From Moniliella sp. 'wahieum' (Eukaryota): a stretch of DNA of 60,803 nt. The translations under genes were made by a program, and so were the position numbers. The notes beneath the pieces were generated by a model. The model did no database searches. It worked only from the letters and a program-made list of their open reading frames with translations, and was not told the origin of the DNA. The stretch is taken from assembly GCA_003971905.1 (NCBI GenBank), contig RSEE01000095.1, positions 186,001 to 246,803 on the forward strand. The letters run 5' to 3'. Positions within the stretch are counted from its first letter, which is position 1. Each line of letters begins with the position of its first letter. Positions 34,487 through 47,000 of the stretch are shown one piece after another.

Positions 34487-36480
34487 ATGAGCCTGTTTGA
34501 CAAGTTCGAGAGTGCCAGGGACAAGGCCCAGCAGGCCGCGCAAAAGACGCTTTGGGCCGAGCCAGCAGGACCACCCTCCCCATCCCGCCCCACCGCATCG
34601 GGCGGCGCTCCCAACAGGGCACACAGCCTGGACAGGCCAGCTACGTCTACAGACAGCCACATCCCGGGGTGCCCCTCCGCCGGGCTCAGCCACAATCAGG
34701 CCCATTCCCACCTGCAGGCCAGCAGCCAGACGTACCTCCCCGACGCTCTCCTCCTATGCCATTGGCGGAACCACCAGCTCCTTCAACTGCCCCATTTGTT
34801 GCGCCAGGGTATTGCCCAGTATGACCCGCGCTTGAACGCCAACAGAGCGTTTTTCGTGTACAATGCCGCGCTCAAGGGTGTGTCGGTCGACTTTGATGCA
34901 CTTGACCGCGAGCTCCACAAGCTGGCCCAATCTTCCTACGAATATTCCCAAGACCATCTTGGCTCCCGTCGACTCGATGGTGTGGGCGATGAGGTGTTGG
35001 TGGACATGCTAGACCGCTTTGCCTACACTTCGGCATTGCAAGGCGATCTGTTTCAGGGCCATGCCAAGAGACTCGAGGAGGCACGCAAGGAACAAAAACA
35101 TATGTGGCTCGCTGCTCCCCCGAGTCGGACGAGCTGCTGCAGGCTCGTCTTCACCGCATTCGCCTTCATCGGCAACTGAATGAACTTCGTTCCGAGGCGA
35201 CCAAGAAACCCTCTTCACCCCAGGCGAAAAAATTCCATGACGTTCAAGTCGAGCTCACCAAACTCGAAGCCGACGCTGGCCCCAAGGAGGTGGAGGCAGC
35301 ATATGCCAAGCGGGCTCTTGTTCGTACCTACTATGAGAAACGAGGAGATGCGCTGGCGCAGCTTGGGGCTCAACTGATGGAGTTGGGGCGGTATGAGAAG
35401 CTGCTCGCCCGCCAAATCCCACAAGCAGCGGACCAGAGCCGGATTTCGGACCCTGTCACGTTCCCCTCTGAGCGCGAGGAGAAGCATGACCGAAACGCCA
35501 AACCAGCTTGGTCTGGCGCGATCCGCACGAGCGAAATCTTTGCTGCCATCAAGCCCGCGCTTGACGTTGTTCAGATTGATACCTCCGATTTGCCCAATGT
35601 ACCTTCTTCCCAGACTCCCGCGGCACAAGTTGACAACCAGGCTATCGTCACCACCCCTTCCAGCACCGCGGACTTGGTCAAGCCCACAACTATCACTAGC
35701 ACGGGTCTGAGCCCGCTCGCGAATAGCCCCGGGGAGAGGGGAGAGGACGAGCCAAGGATCTGTGCTACCTACCTCGTCTGCCTCTGGACACGGTGCCGGA
35801 GGACCGGATGCTCACGTCACTGTCGCCCCACTTCCCAATAAATATGCGACCGAAGCTGATCCTGGTGCGCCAGCGGTGCTGCTGTCAACAACGGATCATC
35901 CCACCGCCACGGTCGCCCCCCCGCTTGCGCTCCAACCCGGTGCTGCAGGACAACTGGGAAATTCGGCTGCACAACCAGAGGTGCCTTTTGAAGCAGAGCC
36001 TGCGCAGAACAGCATGCTTTCATCCCCGCCTGCGGAAGAGTTCCACGATGCCCACGAGCCGATCGAGCCCTCGCCCGCGGAACAGGTGTGGGCCACCCCC
36101 GTGCGGCGTGATACGGAGGTATGGCCAGGCAGGCTACAACCCCTTCATTACGAACAACGTGGTATTACCTCCACCGACGGTGGGGCTGGTCATCCCTTGG
36201 GCGAGTATGGGGGAGGAGGGACAGCAGACGTCGTCGATGTCGATAGACCAACTGTCACCTGCCGCCCTGTTGCCGGCAGCTCCAGCTCCAGCTTCCGCTC
36301 CCGCTCCCTCCCCATCAGCACAGGCGGCCGTAGCTCCGCCATCGGCTACACCCGACCTGGAGACGCGGATGCAGGCTGCGCGCGACGCCAAGGAGAAGGA
36401 GGCGCAGCTGGACAGGGCGCGCAGCGCAGCAGTACGAGGATGCAGACGCGGAAGACGCACCGCCGCCTTACCACGGATAG
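34487..36480 (+). CDS. Second Pil1/Lsp1-like BAR-domain protein with C-terminal PPPY
   Basis: YNAALKGVSVDFDALDRELHKLAQSSYEYSQDH..DEVLVDMLDRFAY..VELTKLEAD..KRALVRTYYEKRGDALAQLGAQLMELGRYEKLLARQIP is a helical domain like basidiomycete eisosome-type BAR proteins. Ends EDAPPPYHG* at 36480. Frameshifts present. Confidence 0.55.
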
Positions 36481-36842
36481 GAGCCGAGCTGGAGTTGAAA
36501 TTGAACACTGGATACGTAATGCGCGGGGTAGGCGGGCGGAATTGGGGCAGGCGCGGCGATGCGCCGTTCGAACGGGCGGTGCTGGCGTGCACGGGGCAGC
36601 ACCAGGCAGCACAGCACACACCCGCAGCACCGTCGATCCAGTTCGCAAACTTAGCCTGTCCGCCGCCGCCGCCGCTGGCTCTCTCCACCTCACCACCTTC
36701 GCGCCCCGTCTTGAGGTATGTCCTGCCGCCCCTCCTCTCCCACCACCACCACCACGGCTGCCACCATGGCCGCCACCACGCCCCCATCCTCACCGCGTCC
36801 GATGCTGCTGCCCGTTCTAACCCTGCCTGCTAGACTGCCGCC

Positions 36843-37351
36843 ATGACTGCCGCCGACTTTAACACGGAGCTCTGCCCTGTCTATGCGCCCTTCTTTGGCG
36901 CCATGGGCTGCGCCGCGGCCATCGTTTTCACCTGCTTTGGCGCCTCGTACGGCACGGCCAAGAGCGGTGTGGGCCTGAGTGCAATGGGTGTCCTGCGCCC
37001 CGACCTGCTCATCAAGTCCATCATCCCCGTCATTATGGCCGGTATCGTGGCCATCTACGGCCTGGTGGTATCGGTGCTGATCTCGTCGGGCATCAAGTCG
37101 CCCATGTCGCTGTATGCTGGCTTTGTTCAGCTGGGCGCTGGCTTGTCCGTCGGCCTCGCTGGTCTGGCCGCTGGGTTTGCCATTGGCGTGGTGGGCGACG
37201 CGGGCGTGCGCGGCACGGCGCAGCAGCCCCCCGTCTCTTCATTGGTATGGTCCTCATCCTCATTTTCGCCGAGGTGCTGGGTCTGTACGGCCTGATTGTT
37301 GCCCTGATCATGAACACGCGTGTGCAGGACGACATTGGCTGCTCCCTCTAA
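36843..37351 (+). CDS. VMA3: V-ATPase V0 proteolipid subunit c (16 kDa)
   Basis: [51 protein letters not shown]. After removing 2 extra C in the run at ~37227-37232 it continues [31 protein letters not shown], with the proton-carrying Glu. Confidence 0.95.
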
Positions 37352-37827
37352 ATGTTCTAATGCACCCCTTGGGGCCCCGCTTGTCTCGCTCTGCGCTGGG
37401 TGGGGGGTAGGTAAACACACCATTTTGTTTCAACCTTGGAGGATCCCAGCCAAATCAATCTATGGTTGACTTGATGGACACAGCATTGCCTTTTTTTTCA
37501 AGGAGGGACCCACCCTGTCCTCGCTTGGGGTTTCCCTCCACCCCCTCGGCCCTTTCCCGTTTGCTTTTTGTTTCCGGACCAATTCGGATTGCCCCCCTTG
37601 GACACCAGTTGCTCTTGCTTATCGTTGCTTGTAGTAACGCCCAAGCACACCCCGGCACAACTGTAAGCCTATCATCCCTTTCTCTATGCACAAAATGTGG
37701 TCTATTGCCCCCATGCTGCGGACAGGTAGAGCTAGCGTAGTGATATGTGCCTACTGCGCATGACGGGTTCCTGAACAAGACAAAAGGGAGCTGAGGAGAG
37801 ATGCAAGAATGGATGGATATAGGTCAA

Positions 37828-39545
37828 TCATACAGACATGGCGTCCTCGTCGTCACTCCATGCGTCCCCTCCGCCGAGCGGCTCCTCGAGCAGTTCCCCC
37901 CGAGCCGTTGAATTGACCAGCTCGCGGCGCACTTCGGGAGAGATACCATCATGGTACTGGACACGGAGCAAATCGATCAGTGCCGTCTTTTGGTCGGGCG
38001 TCAAGTCTTGTTTGTAGCGCTGGGCAAATACCAGTAAGCTCTGGTGCCACAGCACGGGCATGCGGCGTTCTCCGGTCGAGTACCCATCCACCTTGACTGC
38101 CTCAACGCCTTTGCTTGGGTCGGAAAATTTAAGAAAGTGGAAAACGAGCGCATCAACAACCTTGTAGGGCAATGCGTACTTCTTGTCGAGCAAGACGCGG
38201 ATAAAAAGCGAGGTGGGGCCCTTGTATGGCATCGTAGCCAAATGAAGCAGCGCCGCAGCCGAGTGGAGCATGGGCACCGATACTTTTGCAGGACAGAGGA
38301 AATGATGGCGGCTTCCTTGAGCGTCACTGTGCCGCTCTCAATCATGGGGAACAGGAACCCCTTGAAAAAGGCCGAGGGTTTGTAGAGCGCCTTCTTGATC
38401 GCATCGTACATCTGTACCGACAGTTTCCCCTTGTCGTCAATCTCGTCGCGTACCTTGTCCAGCAGAACAAGCTCAAAGTACCGTTGCGTCTGGTACGCCT
38501 TGAGGTTGCTCACGCAGATCCTCGTCACAGCCAGTGTGGCATGAGGGGTCCACTCTTGGATTGGTAATGTACAAGATCGTCTCCCAGGCGGGCAGGGTGG
38601 GAATGATCTTCAATGGCTTAGGAAGCGGGCCGGACTTGTAACGGGAAAGGAGTTGTCCAACCCTGGGGTGCGACGCGAGTCAGTAGGAGAGACCAACATA
38701 TTGGAAGGGGCACAACGTACTTTGTGTAGACCTCGACCACCTTCGGGGTGATGCTAGGCGGGAGCTTGTTCTCAGGCCCCGAGGCACCTCCGCCACCCAT
38801 CTTCATTGCCTCTTGCTCTTCCAGCTTGGCCATGATGATGTCCGCAAGCGTCCGTCCTCCTGCTGCCGGGGGCTCGTCCCCATCAGGCAATGCGTCGGCC
38901 AAGGCGGCAAACTCGCCACCCAATTTGGCACCTGCGCGTTCACGCTTGCGCTCTCCAACAGGGCCTTCCAGCTCTTCAATCAACTCACGCTGGTTGGGGT
39001 CCAGTTCGAGCCCGCGATAGGTTTCTTCCAGATCCTCGTCGCCCGACTCGGCTTGGGCCTCATCAAGTTCCCCGTCATCGGACGAAATCTCATCGTCGTC
39101 AGCCAAGACCACTTGGCGACCAAATCGAACCGTCTTTCCCACTTCCTCATCATCCCTTTGGCGCAGATGCATGCGTGCATCCACCCCGAGCCGCTCCGCC
39201 TCCTCCTCAGCTTCGATCTCGGCTTGCTGCTCCTGCGCGAGGCGGAGAATGTTGCGGGACAACTTGGGATCGACAAATGCACCCGCACCCGCATCGGCCG
39301 AGCCGTGGACTTGGGCACCCGTGATGTGGCCACCAGGACCGTCGAGGTCCATCTCTGCTTCCTCGTCGTGCGCGGCGCCCGTCTTGCCCACTTTGCCCTT
39401 GCGGCGGCCGGGGCACTGACCCGACCGTATTTGTTCCGCAGCTCCTCCTCGCGCAGCTCCTGGGCGAGAGACTGCTTCTGGCCTGCTTGTCGAGCGGCTT
39501 GAGCGCCGACTTCTTCTTGGGCTTGGACGCAGGCGCACGCGGCAT
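37828..39545 (-). CDS. ENP1: Bystin / Enp1, 40S biogenesis factor (frameshifts; intron 38663-38720)
   Basis: [112 protein letters not shown]. Confidence 0.95.
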
Positions 39546-39625
39546 CGTGGTGGCTGGGTCGGGTGAGTAACGAGTAACCAGCGCGGTGGGTGCGTAGCAC
39601 GCCCTTGCACCGCAAGCACTCTACT

Positions 39626-39763
39626 CGAAAAAAAAATTTTTCGGGTTCGGAACTGGAGCAAACAATTGAAAATTGAAATGCCGTGGGGGCACAGGCAATG
39701 TTTCAACTGAAGGCGTTATTTGAGCTGGATCCAGTCGCTCCGTCGGGCCTCGAAAAAATATTT
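39626..39763. promoter_or_regulatory. Bidirectional ENP1/RMT3 promoter with RRPE-like A/T tracts
   Basis: CGAAAAAAAAATTTTTCG at 39626-39643 and CGAAAAAATATTT at 39751-39763 lie in the 270-bp gap between divergent ATGs (39545, 39816). They resemble the yeast RRPE (TGAAAAWTTTT). Confidence 0.45.
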
Positions 39764-39815
39764 GCTGGGCGTGCCCTTCTCCCGACAACCAGCAACTGCC
39801 CTTGCCTGCTAAACG

Positions 39816-41947
39816 ATGGCAGCCGACGCTTCTCTCTGCGGCCGCCTCGCCCTCTGCGCCTACATCCGCACCGACCACCGTGCCTCCGGCTTCTTCCGCC
39901 TCTGCCTCTGCCTCTGCCTCTGCCTCTGCCTCTGCCTCCGCTCCCTCCCGCCGCGGTCCGTCCGTCCCTCGCTTCCGACTCGGACGATTCGGACGGCGAC
40001 GATGACGACACGTGGGACGACTTTGACGACCAGGAGGGCACGGGCCTCTCCTACGCCGAAGGAGCCACCCACGGGGCGTCTGGGGGCTCCGCCAACCCAC
40101 CTTGCCTTGTTTCCAGACGCTGGTTCGACAGAGCTCAAGACGTTTTCGAGTGCCACCGAGGCACTGGACCACGCCTCGGCGCTTGGATGCGACCTGGTCG
40201 CCGTTGTCCAGCGCCTGGGATTGGATGCGCTGGCTGTAATTCGCCTACTCAACCATTTGCGCCGTGCCCCTGGCAGTGTCAGCCCCCAACAAGTCGCGGC
40301 TCTGACTGGGAACGAGCCGTACCTGTCGGATGACGCAGAACTGAACCCTGTTCCTGGTCGGAAAACGATGGTCTACTGCGTGTGTATCCTACCCCCACCC
40401 CCGTTTCCTATGTTAACCCTTGATTTGGGGTACCAAACGCTAACGTGTACCTTTACCTTGTGTCGGATGGGATCTACCAGAAATCGACTTTGATGACCTT
40501 CTCGAGGCACGTGCCAACGCGGGCCAAGCGGATTCGGGCGACATTCATTTGCGCAACCGGGTAGCTGAACTCGAGTCGCAGTTGCAAGCGATCCAAATGT
40601 CCTATGCCGACTTGCAAGCGCGCTCCCTCAAGATGCTAGGACTCAAAGCGGATGGGACACCGACAAAGGATGCCGCTGGACTGGCGGCGACGCCTGCCAA
40701 GCGAGACGACGATACCAATTACTTTGATTCGTATGCTGGCAACGACATTCACCAGACCATGCTGAGTGACACGGTGCGTACCCTCACCTACGCCAAGTTC
40801 ATTCTTGCGCCCGAGAATGCGCACATCTTCCGCGGCGCCCGCGTGATGGACATTGGTGCCGGAAGCGGGATTTTGAGCATGCTCGCGGCGCGTGCGGGCG
40901 CAGCACAAGTGATCGCTGTCGATGCAAGCAACATTGCCGTTCGTGCCGAGAAGAACATTCGTGAAAACGGACTGAACCACATCATCCGTGTTGTGCGAGG
41001 CAAAATCGAAGACTTGGACGAGGAGCTGGCGCCGTACCGGGGTAAGGTGGACGTGATCATTTCCGAGTGGATGGGTACTTTTTGCTGTACGAGTGCATGC
41101 TGCCTTCGGTCCTGCATGCGCGAGACCTGTACCTGCGCACAAAGCCCAACCCCCAGCGTCCCCTTGCTGGGCCCACCGGGCTGCTCGCTCCCAGCCACAA
41201 CCGCATGACGCTGGCGGCCGTGTCGGATGCGGAGCTGCTGCACGAGCGGATCAACTTTTGGAACGACGTGTACGGGTTCAAGATGAGCGCTATGACCGAG
41301 GGCCTGTTTGACGAGGCGTATGTCGAGACCCTTTCACCCGAGAGCATCGTGTCGAACGTGGTGGACATCTTTGACCTCCCGCTCGGTATCCTGCCTGCCA
41401 AGCAGCCTGTCTTCCGCAGCCCGTTCCAGCTGGAGCTGCAGAAGGATGCGACGGTGCACGGGTTCACCTCGTGGTTCGACACGTGGTTCATGACTTCTCA
41501 CCAGCCCTACCGAGTGGACGACAAGGGGAGCCGGTGCAGATGAAGGGGGGGCAGGTGCTGGACCTGCCCACGTGCACGACCAAGCCGGTCGAGGCGTCGG
41601 ACGTACCGGGGATTGAGCTGCGCGGCAACCAGATCGCGCCGGCGCCCACGGCGGAGCAGGAAGAGAAGGACGCCAAGGCGGGGGGGCTGGCAGTGTCGTT
41701 TACCACGGGGCCGTACGGCAAGCCGACGCACTGGAAGCAGAGTGTGTTCCTGCTCCGGGAGCCGATCGAGGCCAAGCGGGGGGAGCGGATCGTGGGGGAC
41801 ATGATCGTGACGCAGTCGGAGAGCAACTCGCGCGAGCTGGATGTGGAGCTGCACTACCTCGTCCAGCCGTCGACGGCGGGCACGGCGGGCAAGACGGCGG
41901 GCAAGCACGTGCAGACGCGCATGGTGAGTCTGTTCAAGGTGAGGTAG
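39816..41947 (+). CDS. RMT3: Type I protein arginine methyltransferase, PRMT3/Rmt3-like (frameshifts; intron ~40380-40480)
   Basis: YFDSYAGNDIHQTMLSDTVRT, VMDIGAGSGILSMLAARAGA (SAM motif I), IISEWMG..LLYECML (double-E loop), THWKQSVFLL (THW loop). Acidic N-terminus and IRLLNHLR..YLSDD..PV segment typical of Rmt3. Confidence 0.88.
39898..39939 (+). repeat. (GCCTCT)n hexamer repeat in the 5' part of RMT3
   Basis: gcctctgcctctgcctctgcctctgcctctgcctctgcctcc. Confidence 0.9.
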
Positions 41948-42276
41948 GCGGCGGTTGAATGAATGCTGTCAGGGACTGCGACCGAGGGCTGGTCGAATAG
42001 CGAGTAGTGGCCAGTGTAACCCCAGGCGGAATGCATGCCGTGCTCTGTATTCCGCCCGCTATCCATGCTTAGTGTTTAGGTTTAGCTGGGAGCAAACGAC
42101 AACTCTTGAACGTTCAACGTTCAATGTTGCGAGTGGGTGGAGGCGTGTCGCGGTGGATGGGCTACATCAGCCAGCCAAATCCGAGCTGCACCGCCGCCCT
42201 GGCCGCTGTCTCCACCGCCATCTCCACCGCCGCCCCACCACCGCCTCCACCGCCGCCCGCGTGCTGCCTTTCTGCC

Positions 42277-43846
42277 ATGAGTGACGCTGCCGCCGAGGCA
42301 TCCCCACCGCCCGCTTCGCCCGCCTCCCCCGCCTCCCCCGCCTCGCCCGCCAAAGACGCAGACGCAGGCTCACCGTCCGCACCGCCTTCGACGTCGGCCG
42401 CCGCGCCCGCCGATTCCCACCCCCTCAGCCGCAAGCGCGACCGCGAAGTCAGCCTCGAGCCCTCTGCCTTTGTATGCGCCTCCGCCCCCCCACTAATTTG
42501 TGCCGGTGCACATGCTGACCTGCTCTTTCCCTTGTAGCCGCCGCCGGATGCCGTGTCGACGAAGCGCAACAGGCGGCTCGACTCGGACTCGGTCTCGGAT
42601 CGCAGTGCGTCGCCGTCCAAACCCAGTCCTGGCAAGGCAGGCGAGGACGAAGGCTTGGCGCCGGGTGTGGGTCAGATCCGGAAGAAAGTGCAAGACCTAG
42701 ACTGGAAAGAAAAGGAGGGCAAAGGAGAGAGCGGGGCTGAAGCACCTCTGGAGCCTGCTGCCGCTGCCGCTGCCGTAGACGCCAAGTCCCCCAATGCAGA
42801 GGCGAGCAAGCCCGCAGAGGAAGCAGACGCAGCGGCTGGTGCGAGCACGCCCTCGGAACGCACCTCGGACGCTCCGTCTGCGCCTACAGAGCCCAAGCCT
42901 GCGTCCCCTCCCGCACCCAAGTCTACCCAGCCAACATTTGCCTCGTTCACCAGCAGCAGCAACTCGTCTCCTTTTGTAACGGGTGCGAGCGGGTCCAAGT
43001 CCTGGCTGGCCTCCTCGACACCGACCACGCCCGGTCTGCGTCCCAGTGCGCTGGGGTCTTCGCTCGGGAAGCTAGGAGGCTCTCAGACATCGCCTGGGGC
43101 CGCGTCGACACCGCCGCGCGTCTCGCCTCGATCGCCCGCCACCTCCAATCCCGTCAAGGGCAAGGCGGCGATGCCAACCACGGCTTCGTTGGGCTTCGGT
43201 TCCTTTGCGGCTGGTGCGGGATTCGGCCATGCCGGGAACGCTTCGCCGTTTAGCTCGGCTGCTGCTTCGGTGACCAAGAAGGCTGCTGCTAAACCAGATG
43301 AGACGGCTCCGGCCTCCTTTGTCACCGCGCTGGAAGAGTCTGGGCCAAAGTCCAATGTGGCGGATGAGATTGCTAAAGAGGAGGAAGCAAACAAGCCCAA
43401 GCTGGAGGTCAAGGCAGAGAACTGTATGTGGACGACGCTCCTCCGTTGCGAGAGTAAGACAGGACTGACACGGGGAACGATTAGTGTGGACAGGCGAGGA
43501 GGACGAGACGAGCGTCTTTTCCAACCGCGCCAAGCTCTTCACGGGCGCCGAGAAGGGTGCGTGGCGCGAGCGCGGCACAGGCACGATCCGGGTCAATGTG
43601 CCCAAGGACGCCAAGGATGGGCAGGGCGGTCGTCTGGTCATGCGCGCCGAGGGGGTGCTGCGGGTGATCCTCAATGTCAAGCTCTTTGCCGGCCTGCGCT
43701 GCGAGTTGGCCCAGGACAAGTTTATCAAGCTGCTTGCGTTTGAAGACGGGGAGCTGGTGCACTTTGCGCTCCGCTTCCCCAACCCAGCTGCCGCCGCCGG
43801 GTTTAAGGAGGCTGTCGAGGCGCATGTGCCTTCGCCGACGGCGTGA
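42277..43846 (+). CDS. RanBP1-domain protein (Yrb2/RanBP3- or Nup2-like); introns 42472-42537 and 43424-43484
   Basis: NLS-like RKRDREVSLEP, FG/FS-rich middle, C-terminal RanBD TGEEDETSVFSNRAKLF..WRERGTGTIRVN..RLVMRAEGVLRVILNVKLF. Both GT-AG introns restore the frame. Confidence 0.88.
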
Positions 43847-44019
43847 GTGCCGGGATCGCTTTGTTGCCCCTCGTGCCTCTTCCCCTGACGTGGCTGCTCC
43901 GCTCCCCCCCCGATCTTCCTGGCCATGGCCACTATCTAGGACGCCCATCCAACCCCCCACTACACTTGCCCCTCGGGTCCGCCCGGTGTCCACGCATGCA
44001 TTGGGCGCGCGTCCCCATG

Positions 44020-47000
44020 GGCTAATGGGACACCGAGCCCGTTGCTGTACTGTGCAACCATAAATAGACGCCTTCCAACCCTCCTTCCTGCCTAGTCCGC
44101 CTCCGTTGCTGCTGGCCGAGGGGCCTCGGCCAACTGGGCCTGATAGACCTGCACCAGCTGCTCGTAGCCCCATAGCATCCAGTTCGCACGTCAGCTCATA
44201 CACCTGCCGTGCCAACCGTTCCCGTTCGGCCTCCGCCTCGCCCTGCTGCACGCGGTCCGCCACGAGATAGCCAGCGGCGGGGGGCGTGTGTGTCGCGGCG
44301 TCGTGCCAGTGCCAGCGGGGGACAGCCATGCGCGCTGGGCATGCTGTTGTTGCTCCAGCTGCTGTGCCAGCTGCTGCGCCCGCGCCTCAAAGTGCTGCGC
44401 GCGGTCACGGGCGGAACTGTACTGGGCCTGGACGGTGGCCAGCGCGTTCTGGGCAGTGGCGAGTTGACGGGCGAGGGTGGACCAATTGGAGAGGAGTGCG
44501 ACCATCTCGTGCCGCTGCCGCTCGTACTTCTCCACGTCGCCGTCCCAATGAACCAGGGCGGCGGTGAGCTGGCGCACACGCTCAGCGTACATGTCGGACA
44601 AGTGGATCTTGGGCTTGGCCAGCTCATAGTCCCCGCGCAGTTGCTCCTTGTCAGCCTCCTCTTGTTGCAGCAGCCGTGCCACGCGCGCCTTCTCGGCCCG
44701 CAACGCATTCACCTCCGTCGTCAAATGTGCCTTTTCGCGCTTCCACACCCGCTCGCTGTGCGAATGACTCGCCTGCCGCTGCGTCTGCGTCGAGTTCCAC
44801 AGTTTGTACTCCCGCACCACCTGGCCAATCCGTTCTCGCTCCCGCTGCGCATCCTTCTCCAGCGCAGACACTTGCCAGGTCAACTGCCGCACGCGGAACT
44901 CGAGGTTCTGCTGCTCGGCCTCAGTCGCGGTCTGCTTGATTCGCTTGGCATGCACGTGGCCGAGATGGGCGAGGTGCTGCTCTTGGAGATAAAGCTCGTA
45001 CGCCAGTTCGTTACGCAACAACATATTTTCTCGCTCCAGCTGCGCTCCGTACCGACCCGGAGAGGCATGCGGAAGATCACCACTGGTATCGCCCGTGTCG
45101 CCGGTACCCCCCTCGGGACCAAGAGAAGAGGCAGTTTGCTCCTGCGACCGGGCGGACGTACCCGTACCAGAAGGCATGACGACCGAGTGCCTCAACGGAT
45201 GCACGCCCCTCTCTCCTGACAGGCCCCGTTCCGACGAAGCATACGAGTCCCGAAGCGACCGGCGGTCGCGCAAATTGCTCCCCACGGAACGGCGTGAAAG
45301 GGAGGCAGAGCGCGAGACGGCAGGAGAGCCCCGCGACTAAATTGCCCATCACCACGGCGGATGCTACGGCGGGCGTGGCTCGCGTCCCAGCCAAAGAGGC
45401 GAATCAGGTCCCGATAACGAGTCGGGCAGAGACGAGGGGTTGACTTCGGGACTGGGTTTGAGCGGTGTGGCGAGCTGGCGGTTTGACTGACTTCCTTGAC
45501 GGATGTTGTGGGTTCGGCAGTAGCGGCGGCCAGCGTGGTTGCAGCGGGCCCTGTGCCCCCTCGACCGGGGGGTCGTGGTACAGGCGCAAGGACAAGTGCG
45601 TCCGGCGCGTCCGACTGTTTGAGACGGGCATGCTGGGCGAGAATATGATGAGCGTCACGCGGGCTGGGCGAGCCAAGAGCCTGCATGGTAGATACTGAGC
45701 TCTTGCGCACAGGGACCACAGGCGCTGCGCCCGATGCTGCTGCCGCAACGATGGGGCTGCCCGCGTCTCCCAAGGGAAGAGAGGCGGGCGTAGATGGCGC
45801 AGAAAACGAGTGAGGTCCGGCTGGCGGGGGCGGTAGGGGCGAGGGGATGGGAAGGAGCGTCGGCGGCCTCTCAGCCTCCAACCCGCTACCCCCGCGCGTC
45901 GGTGGGCCAGGCTGAAAGGGCGTATCAATCTCCGCTGCAACACCTTCCCTGCCAGGACCCAAATGGAGGCGCAGCGACTTGGTGGCCACAATGCTGGCGT
46001 CGTACCCCCGCCAGCGGGCCGTGTCGCTGATTTCTTGCTGAGCGTCGAGCGTGATGAGACTGGGATGGAGTACGTGGCTCTTCAAGATGGGACGGATACG
46101 AGCTTGGAGCTGGCGCTGGTCCATGACATCTGCCCAGGATCCCTTGAAGAGCGTAGGATACCCACTGCTCTCCATGTAGGCAATGGGTTCGCGGAAGAAG
46201 CGAACTGTGTTGCAGGGAAAGATACCGTACAGAAACGTGAACAGTGGTTGGGCATTCGGTTCGGGCAGGTCCACCGCATCGGAACTGGAGGCTGGCGGGG
46301 CGATAAGCAGTCAGCAGTGCACGTTGAGACGGCACTAACACATGGTAAAAGGCATGATAACGTACTAACGGGTTCCCACGCGATGCCCGCTTTGAGAGAG
46401 GTCCGCTGGCCAATCCGATCCATATCCAGGTAATCGACATCAAGCATCCGACGATCCGACTCTTTCCCTAACCCAAGACGCTCTTCCCATCCCACGCCCA
46501 ATGTCCTCCAATCCACAATACGGGCCAGGACCGAAAGGAAGGCAGGAAGCCCACCTGCACCCCCAGCGCAATCCAATCGGGAATGTGGGGGATGAGCATG
46601 GTCAAGACCCGCAGGCCAACAGTGACGATCGTCTTGGACGTATCCAGCTCAAGGGAGAGCAGTAAATGTTGGGGAAGAAGTGTCCGGGTTATCTGATAGA
46701 TCAGATTAGGAGCGTAGCGGAAGAAACGCACCAGCAGCTCCAGCAGACACAAGCGTGCTTCGGCCCGCAAAAATGTATCGGCAACATGGTGGAAAAAAGG
46801 GGTTGGAGCATGGTGCCCAAACTGGAGCACAATCTCGCCCAAGTTGTATCGCCATGTACTTTTGCGCTCTGCCTCTTCGTCGGACGAGTCGTACGCGCCC
46901 ACAGGGCTCGAGAGCCCGACGGGGTCGACAGTATCCTCCAGAGAAAACATGCTCTGCGACAAATAAGTCAATGATGCGCTGGGCGAAAGCGCGGGGGTCT

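Noticed and set aside
42104..42124. Canonical heat-shock element
   Set aside because: Only two inverted nGAAn units; the third is missing and the repeat period is 7 rather than 5.
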